IMG/VR virus record: IMGVR_UViG_3300010397_000018
Span: 1-48,519 of that record
From: a virus
Direction: 5' to 3' (one strand)
DNA length: 48,519 nt
How positions within the stretch are numbered: position 1 is the stretch's first letter; each line of letters opens with the position of its first letter. A model generated the notes under the pieces. The model was not told the origin of the DNA. It saw nothing but the letters and a program-made list of their open reading frames with translations, and did no database searches. The position numbers and the translations under genes were made by a program. Below are positions 34,616 through 42,384 of this stretch, piece after piece.

Positions 34616-36592
34616 TCAAGCGGCTTCGGCGTAGTCTGTGCGGCGGGACCGGATCTCTTCGTTGGGAACCCAGCGCAGGCTGTGGTTCGTGGCGTAGCAC
34701 AGGCCGTCAATTTCATCGTCCCCGGTCTTCTCCGGGTCGCCCGTGAAAGCGCCCGTGTTCGTCATCCCCCAAAGGTAGTGCTCCAGTCGTTCGATGAGAT
34801 TGGACTTCGGATTGCCGTGGTCGTGGCAATCGCTGACGACGTAGAGATCGTAGCCGTACGGATGCTTGTCGGTTTCCTGGTCGGGGTTGAGATGCTGCCG
34901 CGACGGGTTGGGGCGGAACATGCCATTGGTGTGCGTGCAGCGTTCCCGAGGGGAGCGAGTGCTGGCGCGCTCCAGCTTCAACCCCGAGCGGGCGTATTCG
35001 TGCCCCCAGTTGTCCATGAGATATTTTGGATCGGCTTTGAAGAGCTTGGAGTCGCCGAAGGTCTTTCGGATGGTTTCCGTTTTCTCCACCTCTCGAAAGC
35101 GAACGATGCGCTCCCCAGTCTTTTCCTCGCGCTCGCGGTCCTTAGCCAACTCGGGAGCGAACATCATCGTTGCCTGGATCTGCTTTTCGTCGGCGGCGGT
35201 GAAATCCCGCTGCACCTGCTGAAGCTCGTTGCCCGACATCTTCACGATCAATTCGCAGCGCTCCTTGATGGAGGTGGCGGTGCGTCCAAAGAGCCGGAAG
35301 GCGACTTTCTCGCCGGTCTTAAGCATCGCAATCCAGACGCAGGTTGCGCGGTGAACAAAGCCCTCGTCGTAGCCGCGCACGATGTTGGCGTCTTCGAATT
35401 TGGATAGCCATGGGTAGCGCGTTTTTTCCTCGGGTGTGGACTTTCCGTAGATCGCGCTCGACACCATTTCCCCAGTCACGGGGAGGACGTGACGATCGCG
35501 GTCGAAGAGATCAAACACGCGCGGGCTGCTGTCGAAGAACCCGCCACCCATCGCGACCTCGCCTTCCTCTCCGCGGGTCGAGAGCGTGGCGATACGCGCA
35601 TCCAAGACCTTCTTGGGCGTGATGCGCTCCGGCATCTTGCGCATGTCGGATTTCATCACGTAGGTCTTGCCGATGAGCTGCATCTTTCCGTCCCACACCT
35701 CGCGCGCCACCTGCACGCGGTCCTTGGTGTTGGCCGCCTCGGCTGGCGTGTAGCTCCAACTGATGTAGAGGCTGCGCGCCACGATCTCATCGACCACGGC
35801 CCGCGGAGGTCCCTCATCAAAGACCGTCATAAAAAGCTCCTCGCCGCCCCACGCCTGGATGTCCGACTTGTAGAGCATCCCCACGAGATCGACGCCCCAC
35901 TGGGTCTTGAAGTAGCGTTCGCTCAGATTCCAGACGTAGCTCTTGCCGTCCGGGTGCCGCTGCACGTAACGCATGGGCACGCGGTCGCGATAATGTCGCT
36001 CAATTTTGCGCTTCCAGTGCTGCTCATCGACGCACCCGTGCCAGATGATCCGCCCTTGCACCGGGGGCTCATCGCGCTCGTAGGCCATGCGCTGCTTGCG
36101 CTGCCAGTAGTCGAACATCGGGCGGCGGAAGATTTGGTATCCACGGCCCAAGTGATCGCGTTGCGGCTGATACATCTGCCACTCGGGATCGTTGGGGAAG
36201 ATCCACAGAAGGGCGTTCAAGACCGTGCCGAGCGTCTTGCCGCTGCGCTTTCCCCCGAAATTCACGACGCTGTTGTATCCCTCCTCGGCCTTGTCGGGCT
36301 CAAACTCCGGGCTCCATGCGTTCAGGAATTGCGCCTGCTCGTACGTCGGCACGAAGAAGGCGAGGGGATTCTCGCGCTCCCCGGCCTTGATCAGCCGATC
36401 ACGCAGGACATCCACGCGGTCGTCGTATTCCTCCAGAATCTTCAAATCCTCGTTCACCTGCTGGGGATTCGCGACCACCATGTCCTCCCACCATTGGCGC
36501 TCCTGCTCCAGTTGCATCAGGCTCTTCTGCGGAAAGTTGGCTTTCCACGAGGCCCTGAACTCGTGCATAGTGTGGGCGTCGGCGGCGCTCAT
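34616..36592 (-). CDS. terL: Terminase large subunit
   Basis: Walker A NFGGKRSGKT, Walker B-like ELFMTVFDEG, 658 aa with a C-terminal nuclease-sized domain. Confidence 0.85.
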   Translation of the reverse strand: MSAADAHTMHEFRASWKANFPQKSLMQLEQERQWWEDMVVANPQQVNEDLKILEEYDDRVDVLRDRLIKAGERENPLAFFVPTYEQAQFLNAWSPEFEPDKAEEGYNSVVNFGGKRSGKTLGTVLNALLWIFPNDPEWQMYQPQRDHLGRGYQIFRRPMFDYWQRKQRMAYERDEPPVQGRIIWHGCVDEQHWKRKIERHYRDRVPMRYVQRHPDGKSYVWNLSERYFKTQWGVDLVGMLYKSDIQAWGGEELFMTVFDEGPPRAVVDEIVARSLYISWSYTPAEAANTKDRVQVAREVWDGKMQLIGKTYVMKSDMRKMPERITPKKVLDARIATLSTRGEEGEVAMGGGFFDSSPRVFDLFDRDRHVLPVTGEMVSSAIYGKSTPEEKTRYPWLSKFEDANIVRGYDEGFVHRATCVWIAMLKTGEKVAFRLFGRTATSIKERCELIVKMSGNELQQVQRDFTAADEKQIQATMMFAPELAKDREREEKTGERIVRFREVEKTETIRKTFGDSKLFKADPKYLMDNWGHEYARSGLKLERASTRSPRERCTHTNGMFRPNPSRQHLNPDQETDKHPYGYDLYVVSDCHDHGNPKSNLIERLEHYLWGMTNTGAFTGDPEKTGDDEIDGLCYATNHSLRWVPNEEIRSRRTDYAEAA

Positions 36593-36894
36593 GGTGTCCG
36601 CGCCTTCAGCTTCTCGTTCTCTTCTCGGAGACGGCGAATCTCATTCCGCAATGCCGCTGGGGAGCTTTCGATGGGCAGGTGCTCGGGCTTGTCTTTATTC
36701 CAGCGCGCAATTTGCCGCAAAGCTATATCGCTGCGCTTGTAGTATTCTGGATCGCCGCAATTCCATGGCAGCCCAATATTGTCATGCACCACGCAAACCC
36801 CATTCGGATCATAAAGCCGAGTGTGGGTGTGACTGTTTTCGATCCTCCAGCCGTCTGGCAGATAGTCCCCTTTTTGCTCTGGAATATGATTCAT
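36589..36894 (-). CDS. Hypothetical protein (101 aa), positional candidate for the small terminase
   Basis: ATGA overlaps at both ends (with TerL at 36589-36592); LPDGWRIENS motif; C-terminal coiled coil LRNEIRRLREENEKLKA. Confidence 0.3.
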   Translation of the reverse strand: MNHIPEQKGDYLPDGWRIENSHTHTRLYDPNGVCVVHDNIGLPWNCGDPEYYKRSDIALRQIARWNKDKPEHLPIESSPAALRNEIRRLREENEKLKARTP

Positions 36895-37658
36895 GGCTGC
36901 CACCGCTGAAGCTCGTAGCCCTCCATGGGCTTGCCGCAAAAGATCGTGAACTGGAAGGGGTGGTCGCTGCTCTCGGAACTACCCATGCCGAGGCGGTCCC
37001 AAATGTATTTTGATACGCCTCCACCCCCGTGTAGATCCACATCGCCCACCACGGCCATGAAGCGGTCGCCCCGGGAGCGGTCCCAAACGCTGGCAGCGCT
37101 GCCAAGCACAAGCGGCCATTCATCGCGCCAGTGCAGCATTAGCTCCAGCGGAACGGAAATATAGGGCACCGTGGACGCGTTCAGATACCGGCGCGGGTCG
37201 GTCTCCTCATGCTTCAAATGTTGGTAGGCCGTACGGCTCACTAGATGGCCGGGAACCGGGTCGCCAGCGCCTTGTTGGACGCAGTATTCCCCGCGGCGAA
37301 CGATGGCTGTAAAGCCCCGCGCGCGCTGCTCCTCAATCTCGCCCAGGGCGTTCTGATTGAACGGGTGGTATGCCGTGGGCGCTCCGTTGATCACGCGGTG
37401 TGCGCGACCAATCCAATCAACGCTGCCGTCCTCGAATCGGTAGAGGAGCGAGCCATGCGCCTTGCAGACGATGCGCGGCCACAACTTGGCCTTTGGCGCA
37501 TGAGTCGGCAGTGCTTTCGGCAGGATGCCCGGGCGCAAGGTCGTCTTTCGGATGATCTTCTCCCGGCCAATCGGAGCCAGCCCGAGCCCATGCGCGCGCT
37601 GCTGGCGCTGGAGATCCGCGGTGGCGGTGTGGTCTTCGATGGGGAGGTAGTCGCTCAT
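36891..37658 (-). CDS. Candidate cell-wall hydrolase, GH75 chitosanase-like
   Basis: YLNASTVPYISVPLEL...LVLGSAASVWDRSRGDRFMAVVGDVDLHGGGGVSKYIWDRLG resembles the GH75 core (ld.n.ipYvVlp ... aavv...gk.vyaivgD.g....iGE.S...a..lG). Comparison is from memory only. Confidence 0.3.
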   Translation of the reverse strand: MSDYLPIEDHTATADLQRQQRAHGLGLAPIGREKIIRKTTLRPGILPKALPTHAPKAKLWPRIVCKAHGSLLYRFEDGSVDWIGRAHRVINGAPTAYHPFNQNALGEIEEQRARGFTAIVRRGEYCVQQGAGDPVPGHLVSRTAYQHLKHEETDPRRYLNASTVPYISVPLELMLHWRDEWPLVLGSAASVWDRSRGDRFMAVVGDVDLHGGGGVSKYIWDRLGMGSSESSDHPFQFTIFCGKPMEGYELQRWQP

Positions 37659-37924
37659 GCGAACACTGGCGGAATGGCCATGCGAGAGTTTTCCCGAATG
37701 CGCTGCAATTCCGAGGCCATCATTTGTCTTTCCTCGCCAGTCTCCTCACAGCGCAACCAAACGCGGTCTCCTTCGCGTTTGAACTGAACGAATTTGTATC
37801 CCACCACAGGTGTCACCCGTGGAATCGCGCGGACGCCCCAAGCGAATGGATTGGTGGGTTTTGAAATCGCCTTTGGGGCGGAAATTAGTGCGCCAAACAG
37901 CGCGAGGAAGGATCGTCTGTCCAT
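37655..37924 (-). CDS. Small exported protein with a twin-arginine (Tat) signal peptide
   Basis: MDRRSFLALFGALISAPKA matches the RRxFL Tat consensus, with an h-region and an AxA-like cleavage site. Confidence 0.6.
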   Translation of the reverse strand: MDRRSFLALFGALISAPKAISKPTNPFAWGVRAIPRVTPVVGYKFVQFKREGDRVWLRCEETGEERQMMASELQRIRENSRMAIPPVFA

Positions 37925-37926
37925 GC

Positions 37927-38430
37927 TTAGGCAGTAATTTGCAGTCGTTGTTTCAGGCGCTCAGCGGCCGGCGCCTCGGTCTCGCGCATGGCTTTCAGGG
38001 CCATGATCTCTTGGATGCTTCCGCCGATGATGTTGATCGTGTTTCCGCCGCCCATCATGGACGCCGGGGTCTCTTTGATCTGCGAGATGCCGATGTCGTT
38101 CTGCTGCTTGGCGATGGTGGAAAGCTCCTTGGGCTCCATGAGTGCCAGACGAGCGGGATCGGAAAGCTGCTGCGCCAGCCCCTTCTGGGCCATCGCGCAC
38201 AGCATGAATCCCTGTTGCGCAATGCCCTTGCCGATGGCGTTGAGGTCTCGCGGGCGCATCTCGGCCAGCCGTTGCAGTTCTGGCCAGCCCACGCCCCACG
38301 TCTGGCAAAGCTGAAGCATCTGCGCGCGGTCGGGGTTCTTCGCCAGCTCGGAGCAGACGCCGACCACGACAGCCGGGGCGAGCCCCGTGTCCGCGGCGAG
38401 ATCGGCGATTAGTTCTTCTTTGTCAGTCAT
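37927..38430 (-). CDS. Hypothetical protein (167 aa); a small-terminase role is possible
   Basis: Helical protein in the packaging/lysis-proximal cluster; no motif recognised. Confidence 0.3.
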   Translation of the reverse strand: MTDKEELIADLAADTGLAPAVVVGVCSELAKNPDRAQMLQLCQTWGVGWPELQRLAEMRPRDLNAIGKGIAQQGFMLCAMAQKGLAQQLSDPARLALMEPKELSTIAKQQNDIGISQIKETPASMMGGGNTINIIGGSIQEIMALKAMRETEAPAAERLKQRLQITA

Positions 38431-38705
38431 TTGAGAAGTGCCGCTGCTCCCATCGCGCCAATGACGCCACCGATGCCGTTGGCGCGAGCGGTGATAGTGC
38501 GCCCAATAGCGTCCTGCTCAGTCGAATGCCGGACGCCGGTCATGGCCAGCGATCCATCGGCCCCAAGGTTCAGCGAATCGCAGTCGGCGTTGGTGACGAG
38601 CTTGGGCTTGCCGTTGGGGTAGAAGACCATGGTGTGCGCCGCGCAGCCGGAAAGCGTCAGCGCAAAGCCGAGAGCGAGGAGGAGAATTAGGAGTGCCAGT
38701 TTCAT
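38427..38705 (-). CDS. Lipoprotein with a C-terminal transmembrane segment (unimolecular-spanin-like)
   Basis: MKLALLILLLALGFALTLSGC lipobox (LSGC) plus a C-terminal glycine-zipper TM GIGGVIGAMGAAALLK; ATGA overlaps on both sides. Confidence 0.5.
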   Translation of the reverse strand: MKLALLILLLALGFALTLSGCAAHTMVFYPNGKPKLVTNADCDSLNLGADGSLAMTGVRHSTEQDAIGRTITARANGIGGVIGAMGAAALLK

Positions 38706-38998
38706 GGTTCGGAAATGTGCGCGGCAGCCCCGCCCAAGGAAACCGCCGCGCGGGGCGAGTGCCCGAAAGGCTTGCTCCCGCAAATCGTGATCAGGTTCGG
38801 CTCAATAGGAGACGGCGCCCCTGGAATCACGTACATCACGGATGGCTTTGGGCGCTTTGTTTCGGCCCAGATAAGGTCGAAAAGGTGCGCCATTGCTGCC
38901 TCCCGCCGCTCCTCATCCCTCAACGGCGTATCCAGCCCGCTCGGGCCGTAGTTTGGGCCAGCGGGGTTGAAGCGGCGGACTAGGGGATCGGTGGTCAT
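38702..38998 (-). CDS. Hypothetical protein (98 aa)
   Basis: ATG 38998 forms an ATGA overlap with the upstream stop. Confidence 0.5.
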   Translation of the reverse strand: MTTDPLVRRFNPAGPNYGPSGLDTPLRDEERREAAMAHLFDLIWAETKRPKPSVMYVIPGAPSPIEPNLITICGSKPFGHSPRAAVSLGGAAAHISEP

Positions 38999-39183
38999 TG
39001 AGGTAGCGTTTCCCATTTCTTCCCAGTCTTTATTCCTGCTTTCTCCAGTTCTTCGCGACCATCCAAGGAATTATGGATCACGACCACTTCCGGAGAATCC
39101 CAATCCACAGTTGGATCGCACCAGCAACATGTACCCTCAAGGTCATGTTCCCGCTGATCGTTTAATGGATGAACCTGTATCAT
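38995..39183 (-). CDS. Small Cys/His-rich protein (62 aa)
   Basis: HPLNDQREHDLEGTCCWCDPTV...VIHNSLDGRE. Confidence 0.5.
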   Translation of the reverse strand: MIQVHPLNDQREHDLEGTCCWCDPTVDWDSPEVVVIHNSLDGREELEKAGIKTGKKWETLPQ

Positions 39184-39223
39184 GGAATGATGGTTTAAGG
39201 CGCCAACACCATCCGGGACTGGC

Positions 39224-39556
39224 TCACAGTGCGATGCGAGAAAGGATGTCGCGGAGGCGAGTAATGCAGCCTTCGTTGCCGCCCTGAATCTGGAGTAGCG
39301 CCTCAGCCAAAGGGCACTCCTGCGGGCGCGGTCCGTCCTTCCCGGTGCCTTGCGCGCCGGGGACGGGAATCAGGATGGGTTGCAATCGCTGCTCAAGCGC
39401 GGTCATGGCATTGTTGAGGTCGCTGGACTGCTGCGCCAGCGAGACGATCCGCTCGTCAATTTGTGAGCGTGGAAGCTGCGGCTCCGGTGCGTTGCTGATA
39501 TTCCGTGGTGCGAAGCTCGACTGAGCCGCCTGGTTGGATGCAGATGCCGTCATCAT
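39224..39556 (-). CDS. Hypothetical protein (110 aa)
   Basis: ORF with tandem ATG ATG, directly downstream of a sigma70-like promoter. Confidence 0.55.
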   Translation of the reverse strand: MMTASASNQAAQSSFAPRNISNAPEPQLPRSQIDERIVSLAQQSSDLNNAMTALEQRLQPILIPVPGAQGTGKDGPRPQECPLAEALLQIQGGNEGCITRLRDILSRIAL

Positions 39557-39562
39557 ATTTCG

Positions 39563-39591
39563 GTATTAGTCCTCGCCTACCCCGTTGTCAA
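39563..39591 (-). promoter_or_regulatory. Sigma70-like promoter, TTGACA-N17-TAATAC
   Basis: Minus strand: TTGACA (39591..39586), 17-nt spacer, TAATAC (39568..39563). The ATG at 39556 lies 7 nt after the -10 element, which predicts a leaderless or near-leaderless mRNA. Confidence 0.45.
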
Positions 39592-39600
39592 GGGTGGCGT

Positions 39601-39807
39601 TCATGGTTCGGAGGGTGCAGGAGGTGGGAAGTATTTCCCAAACTCCTCCGGCCTTACTCCGGGCGGCATTTCAAACCAAATATCCCGCGCTTCTGGCCCG
39701 AATTGACCAGCTCCAGTGCATTTGAATCCAGCCTGCTCCAGAAAGTGCTGAATCATGTCAGCATGCGAGCCGGGTTTTACAGTGAGGAAAACTTCCCGAT
39801 GGTTCAT
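39601..39807 (-). CDS. Hypothetical protein (68 aa)
   Basis: The ATG lies 7 nt downstream of the tRNA-Gly 3' end. Confidence 0.5.
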   Translation of the reverse strand: MNHREVFLTVKPGSHADMIQHFLEQAGFKCTGAGQFGPEARDIWFEMPPGVRPEEFGKYFPPPAPSEP

Positions 39808-39814
39808 AAAACTT

Positions 39815-39888
39815 TGGAGCGCCGCCTCAGATTCGAACTGAGATTGCGGGCGTGGAAGGCCCGTGGTCTGCCGTTGACGTAGTGGCGC
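39815..39888 (-). tRNA. tRNA-Gly (anticodon UCC), CCA encoded
   Basis: Hand fold of GCGCCAC-TA-CGTC-AACGGCA-GACC-A-CGGGC-CTTCCAC-GCCCG-CAAT-CTCAG-TTCGAAT-CTGAG-GCGGCGC-T-CCA. Canonical T-loop, U33, A37, U73 discriminator typical of tRNA-Gly; one A6.C67 mismatch. Confidence 0.85.
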
Positions 39889-40083
39889 AGAAATGTCGCA
39901 TCACCACCAATTCCAGCGCCCGCTCAGATCCTCCAGCCGTTCGCCGCAGGTAGCTAGCCCGCAACACGCACTGAATTTGCAACGCCGTTTGCCTTGGTTT
40001 ATCCTCGCTTCATTCGCGACTTCCACGAGGACAGGTGGCTAAACCGTCGAAGAATAGGGCTTTTGCCCGATGCGACAAATTAA

Positions 40084-40152
40084 TTGCAGCTTGCGGACTT
40101 GCACCGCCTCCTCTGGTTATGAGCCAGATGTGACCTCGTTCACTTAGCTGCG
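40084..40152 (-). tRNA. tRNA-like element, anticodon CAU (Met/initiator-like); possibly degenerate
   Basis: CGCAGCT-AA-GTGA-ACGAGG-TCAC-A-TCTGG-CTCATAA-CCAGA-GGA-GGCGG-TGCAAGT-CCGCA-AGCTGCA-A. Features: C1.A72 mismatch and A73 as in bacterial initiators, a CUCAUAA loop, an odd T-loop (G55), a 3-nt variable region, no CCA. Confidence 0.35.
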
Positions 40153-40209
40153 TTTTTGAAAGAACACCCGGGATTCATCGTTGAGAGGAGTTGTTCCGGG
40201 ACGGTAAAT

Positions 40210-40285
40210 TGGTCGCGCGCGCCGGATTTTAACCAGCGGCCTCTCGGTCCCAGGCCGAGCGCTCTGAACACTGAGCTAGCGCGCG
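40210..40285 (-). tRNA. tRNA-Pro (anticodon UGG), CCA encoded, non-canonical loops
   Basis: CGCGCGC-TA-GCTC-AGTGTTCA-GAGC-G-CTCGG-CCTGGGA-CCGAG-AGGCC-GCTGG-TTAAAAT-CCGGC-GCGCGCG-A-CCA. Perfect 7-bp acceptor stem; C1-G72/A73 and G37 fit Pro identity. However it has C33 instead of U33, A56 in the T-loop, and no GG in the D-loop. Confidence 0.7.
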
Positions 40286-40757
40286 ATGTAAATCATTCAT
40301 CGGGCCGGGCGCTACTCCGGCTAAGGTTCTCGGAAGTAACTCCGATGCCATCCTTGCTCTCAGTCTTCGCCAGCGTCGGACGTTTACAAGGCGCCTCGCT
40401 GGCCTCTGACTGAGCCGTATCAGCCAGTCGTGAGTCGGTAGCTACTCCGCCTCTCAACTGTGACCCTCGGACCCTTCCCCTTCGATGGGCGTGTCTGCTT
40501 TCCACGCCGCCGATGAAAATGAATCACCAGCGACAAGTGGTCGGAGTCGTTTCCAAATGTAGACTCCTGGGCATTCGCTGGTGAAGATGTGAAAGAACTG
40601 GAAATTGGTGCCGCAGCCTTTCGGGTTGCACGCCTACTCAGCCACGGCAAAGCACCTACGGTTGACCGTTGCTGATGACGGGCCGCACGTGCAGTGGCAT
40701 TCTCCCCAATCATGCTTCGGAGTCAATCAGATTTCGGAGGCTCGACCCTGAAACGCA

Positions 40758-40800
40758 CCGAACGGTAGTTGACCTTTAAGGGGCCAATGCTACCGTTCGG
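40758..40800. promoter_or_regulatory. 11-bp perfect inverted repeat abutting the start of the plus-strand operon
   Basis: CCGAACGGTAG (40758-40768) - 21 nt - CTACCGTTCGG (40790-40800); ATG 40803 follows 2 nt after the right arm. Confidence 0.55.
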
Positions 40801-40802
40801 GC

Positions 40803-41129
40803 ATGATTCGGACTAAGCAAACGAACCAAACCACGCGCCGCAGTTCGCGTCAAGCGGAAGCCATCAGGAAATGTATGCGTGAATGGCAATTCGCGACTGG
40901 CCACCTATCGGTTCTAAGCCAGCGCTATCGGCATCCGGCTTATCTGCGGTTGCTCGAATTTGGAAGCGCGGCGGTCCCAGTTATCCTGAAGCGCATGAAG
41001 CGCAATTTCGGATGGTGGTTTGATGCGCTACGTAGACTGACCGGAGAGGACCCAGCAAAAGGAGCGGAGTCATTCGATGATGGCAATAGATGCTGGCTTC
41101 GGTGGGGCAAAGAAAAGGGGCTGATTTAA
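40803..41129 (+). CDS. Hypothetical basic protein (108 aa)
   Basis: First gene of a three-gene plus-strand operon; TAATG overlap with the next gene. Confidence 0.55.
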   Translation: MIRTKQTNQTTRRSSRQAEAIRKCMREWQFATGHLSVLSQRYRHPAYLRLLEFGSAAVPVILKRMKRNFGWWFDALRRLTGEDPAKGAESFDDGNRCWLRWGKEKGLI

Positions 41130-41581
41130 TGAGCGCCGAGGCATTGCGCGCAGTAATGAAGCACTCGACGGCCTGTGGGCCCGAATTACTCGTCCAGCTC
41201 GCCATTGCCCACCTCAGCGACTCGCGGAACGGGTATTACCCAAAGGCCACAGCGAAATACGAGGACATCGCCGCGGCCGCCCGAATGAGCGTGGAGCACA
41301 TGCGCCACATCCTAAAGAGGCTGGTCAGTAGTGGACGACTTTCGATCGTGGAGAAGCCGCATGGGCAGACCCCGGGCACCTACGAATTGCCGATCCGAGG
41401 GTGGTCGAATCGTAACGGTCAAGGGTGGTCGGATTCAGCCACCCTTATCAGAGAAGATCCCTATACGCAAAACTCGTGCGCAGGATCTACGGCCGAAGGC
41501 GATACTTCGGCTGCGCCATCTCAGCCCTCGAATATCGTCCTGTACCCGACCAAAAAGAAGCTCCGAAAGGGAATCGCATGA
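41129..41581 (+). CDS. Winged-helix DNA-binding protein
   Basis: YEDIAAAARMSVEHMRHILKRLVSSGRLSIVEKPHG is a MarR/DnaD-type wHTH pattern; start trimmed to MSAEALRAV. Confidence 0.5.
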   Translation: MSAEALRAVMKHSTACGPELLVQLAIAHLSDSRNGYYPKATAKYEDIAAAARMSVEHMRHILKRLVSSGRLSIVEKPHGQTPGTYELPIRGWSNRNGQGWSDSATLIREDPYTQNSCAGSTAEGDTSAAPSQPSNIVLYPTKKKLRKGIA

Positions 41582-41871
41582 ACGACCAAGAACCCATCCA
41601 ATTACCCTCCCGGTACGCCATCGGCCAGAAGGTGCTCTTTTGCCTCCACGGCGGCCCCAATGACGGAATCGAGATCGTGTGCTACGTCCGCGCCATCCGG
41701 TTTACCAACATCAAGGTTCGGTACGACCTACTCATCCCATCAGGAGATCCACCTGAGACAACTCTGGTTACTCGCGGCATCGGAACCACGATCCGCGACG
41801 TGGATAGCGCCAATGTTCAGGACGCCCAAGGAGAGCCCGAGTTCATCGAATGGGACCCAGACTGGCGGTAG
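41578..41871 (+). CDS. Hypothetical protein (97 aa)
   Basis: ATGA overlap with the upstream stop; start trimmed to MNDQEPIQ. Confidence 0.5.
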   Translation: MNDQEPIQLPSRYAIGQKVLFCLHGGPNDGIEIVCYVRAIRFTNIKVRYDLLIPSGDPPETTLVTRGIGTTIRDVDSANVQDAQGEPEFIEWDPDWR

Positions 41872-42285
41872 GCTGAGGAAACCACCGCCAGCGGGGCTCA
41901 CAGCGCGTTGGCGGGGCGGATCTGGGGGAGGACCAGCGGCGTTGCTCCCGATGCGTGGAGTGCCCTACGGCAGGATTGTTCCGATCCTGCTATCGCAAGC
42001 CGCTGAACGGCGGCCCAACGCTCGCTGGCAATGGTAGGAATAGCTCAATGAGCATGTTTCGGCAAGCCTCCCGTGCGCGAACCTGAGGCTGGTGGTGCTA
42101 GATGATGAACCTTTTCCCCGCCGGCCTGGGCAAAAGGGTGGCGGGTGGGTGGGCCTGGTGGTGCGCAGGTGCGGGCTGTTGTCATGCGACAAGCGCACCT
42201 ATTCGTCGGCTCCAACAGGTAAGAACTTTTGTGATCTGGTAACCCATCCAAAACCGCTATCTCAACATACTGGTGGGCAATAGGT

Positions 42286-42300
42286 TGTGATAACATCACA
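42286..42300. repeat. Perfect palindrome TGTGAT-AAC-ATCACA
   Basis: 6-bp arms with a 3-nt spacer, in the 545-bp non-coding region between convergent transcription units. Confidence 0.6.
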
Positions 42301-42370
42301 CATTAAAGAATCGGATCGAATAGGAATTTGGAGTTACGCTGGCGTAATGCCGACACGCAGCACGGATATA

Positions 42371-42384
42371 CGCGCACGTGCGCG
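42371..42384. repeat. Perfect 14-bp palindrome CGCGCACGTGCGCG
   Basis: Self-complementary 14-mer, 33 nt from the 3' end of the HNH gene 42417..42917. Confidence 0.6.

Noticed and set aside
13723-40290. Assigning the phage to the T7-like (Autographiviridae-type) group
   Set aside because: Only the gene order and sizes of the late module resemble T7. No single-subunit RNA polymerase or DNA polymerase was recognised, and the genome encodes an integrase and a repressor-like switch.
40156-40713. ORFs 40156..40413 (+), 40293..40505 (-) and 40420..40713 (-) in the tRNA / non-coding region
   Set aside because: They overlap the tRNA-Pro gene or each other, start with non-ATG codons and have implausible composition. 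The region is better explained as RNA or regulatory sequence.
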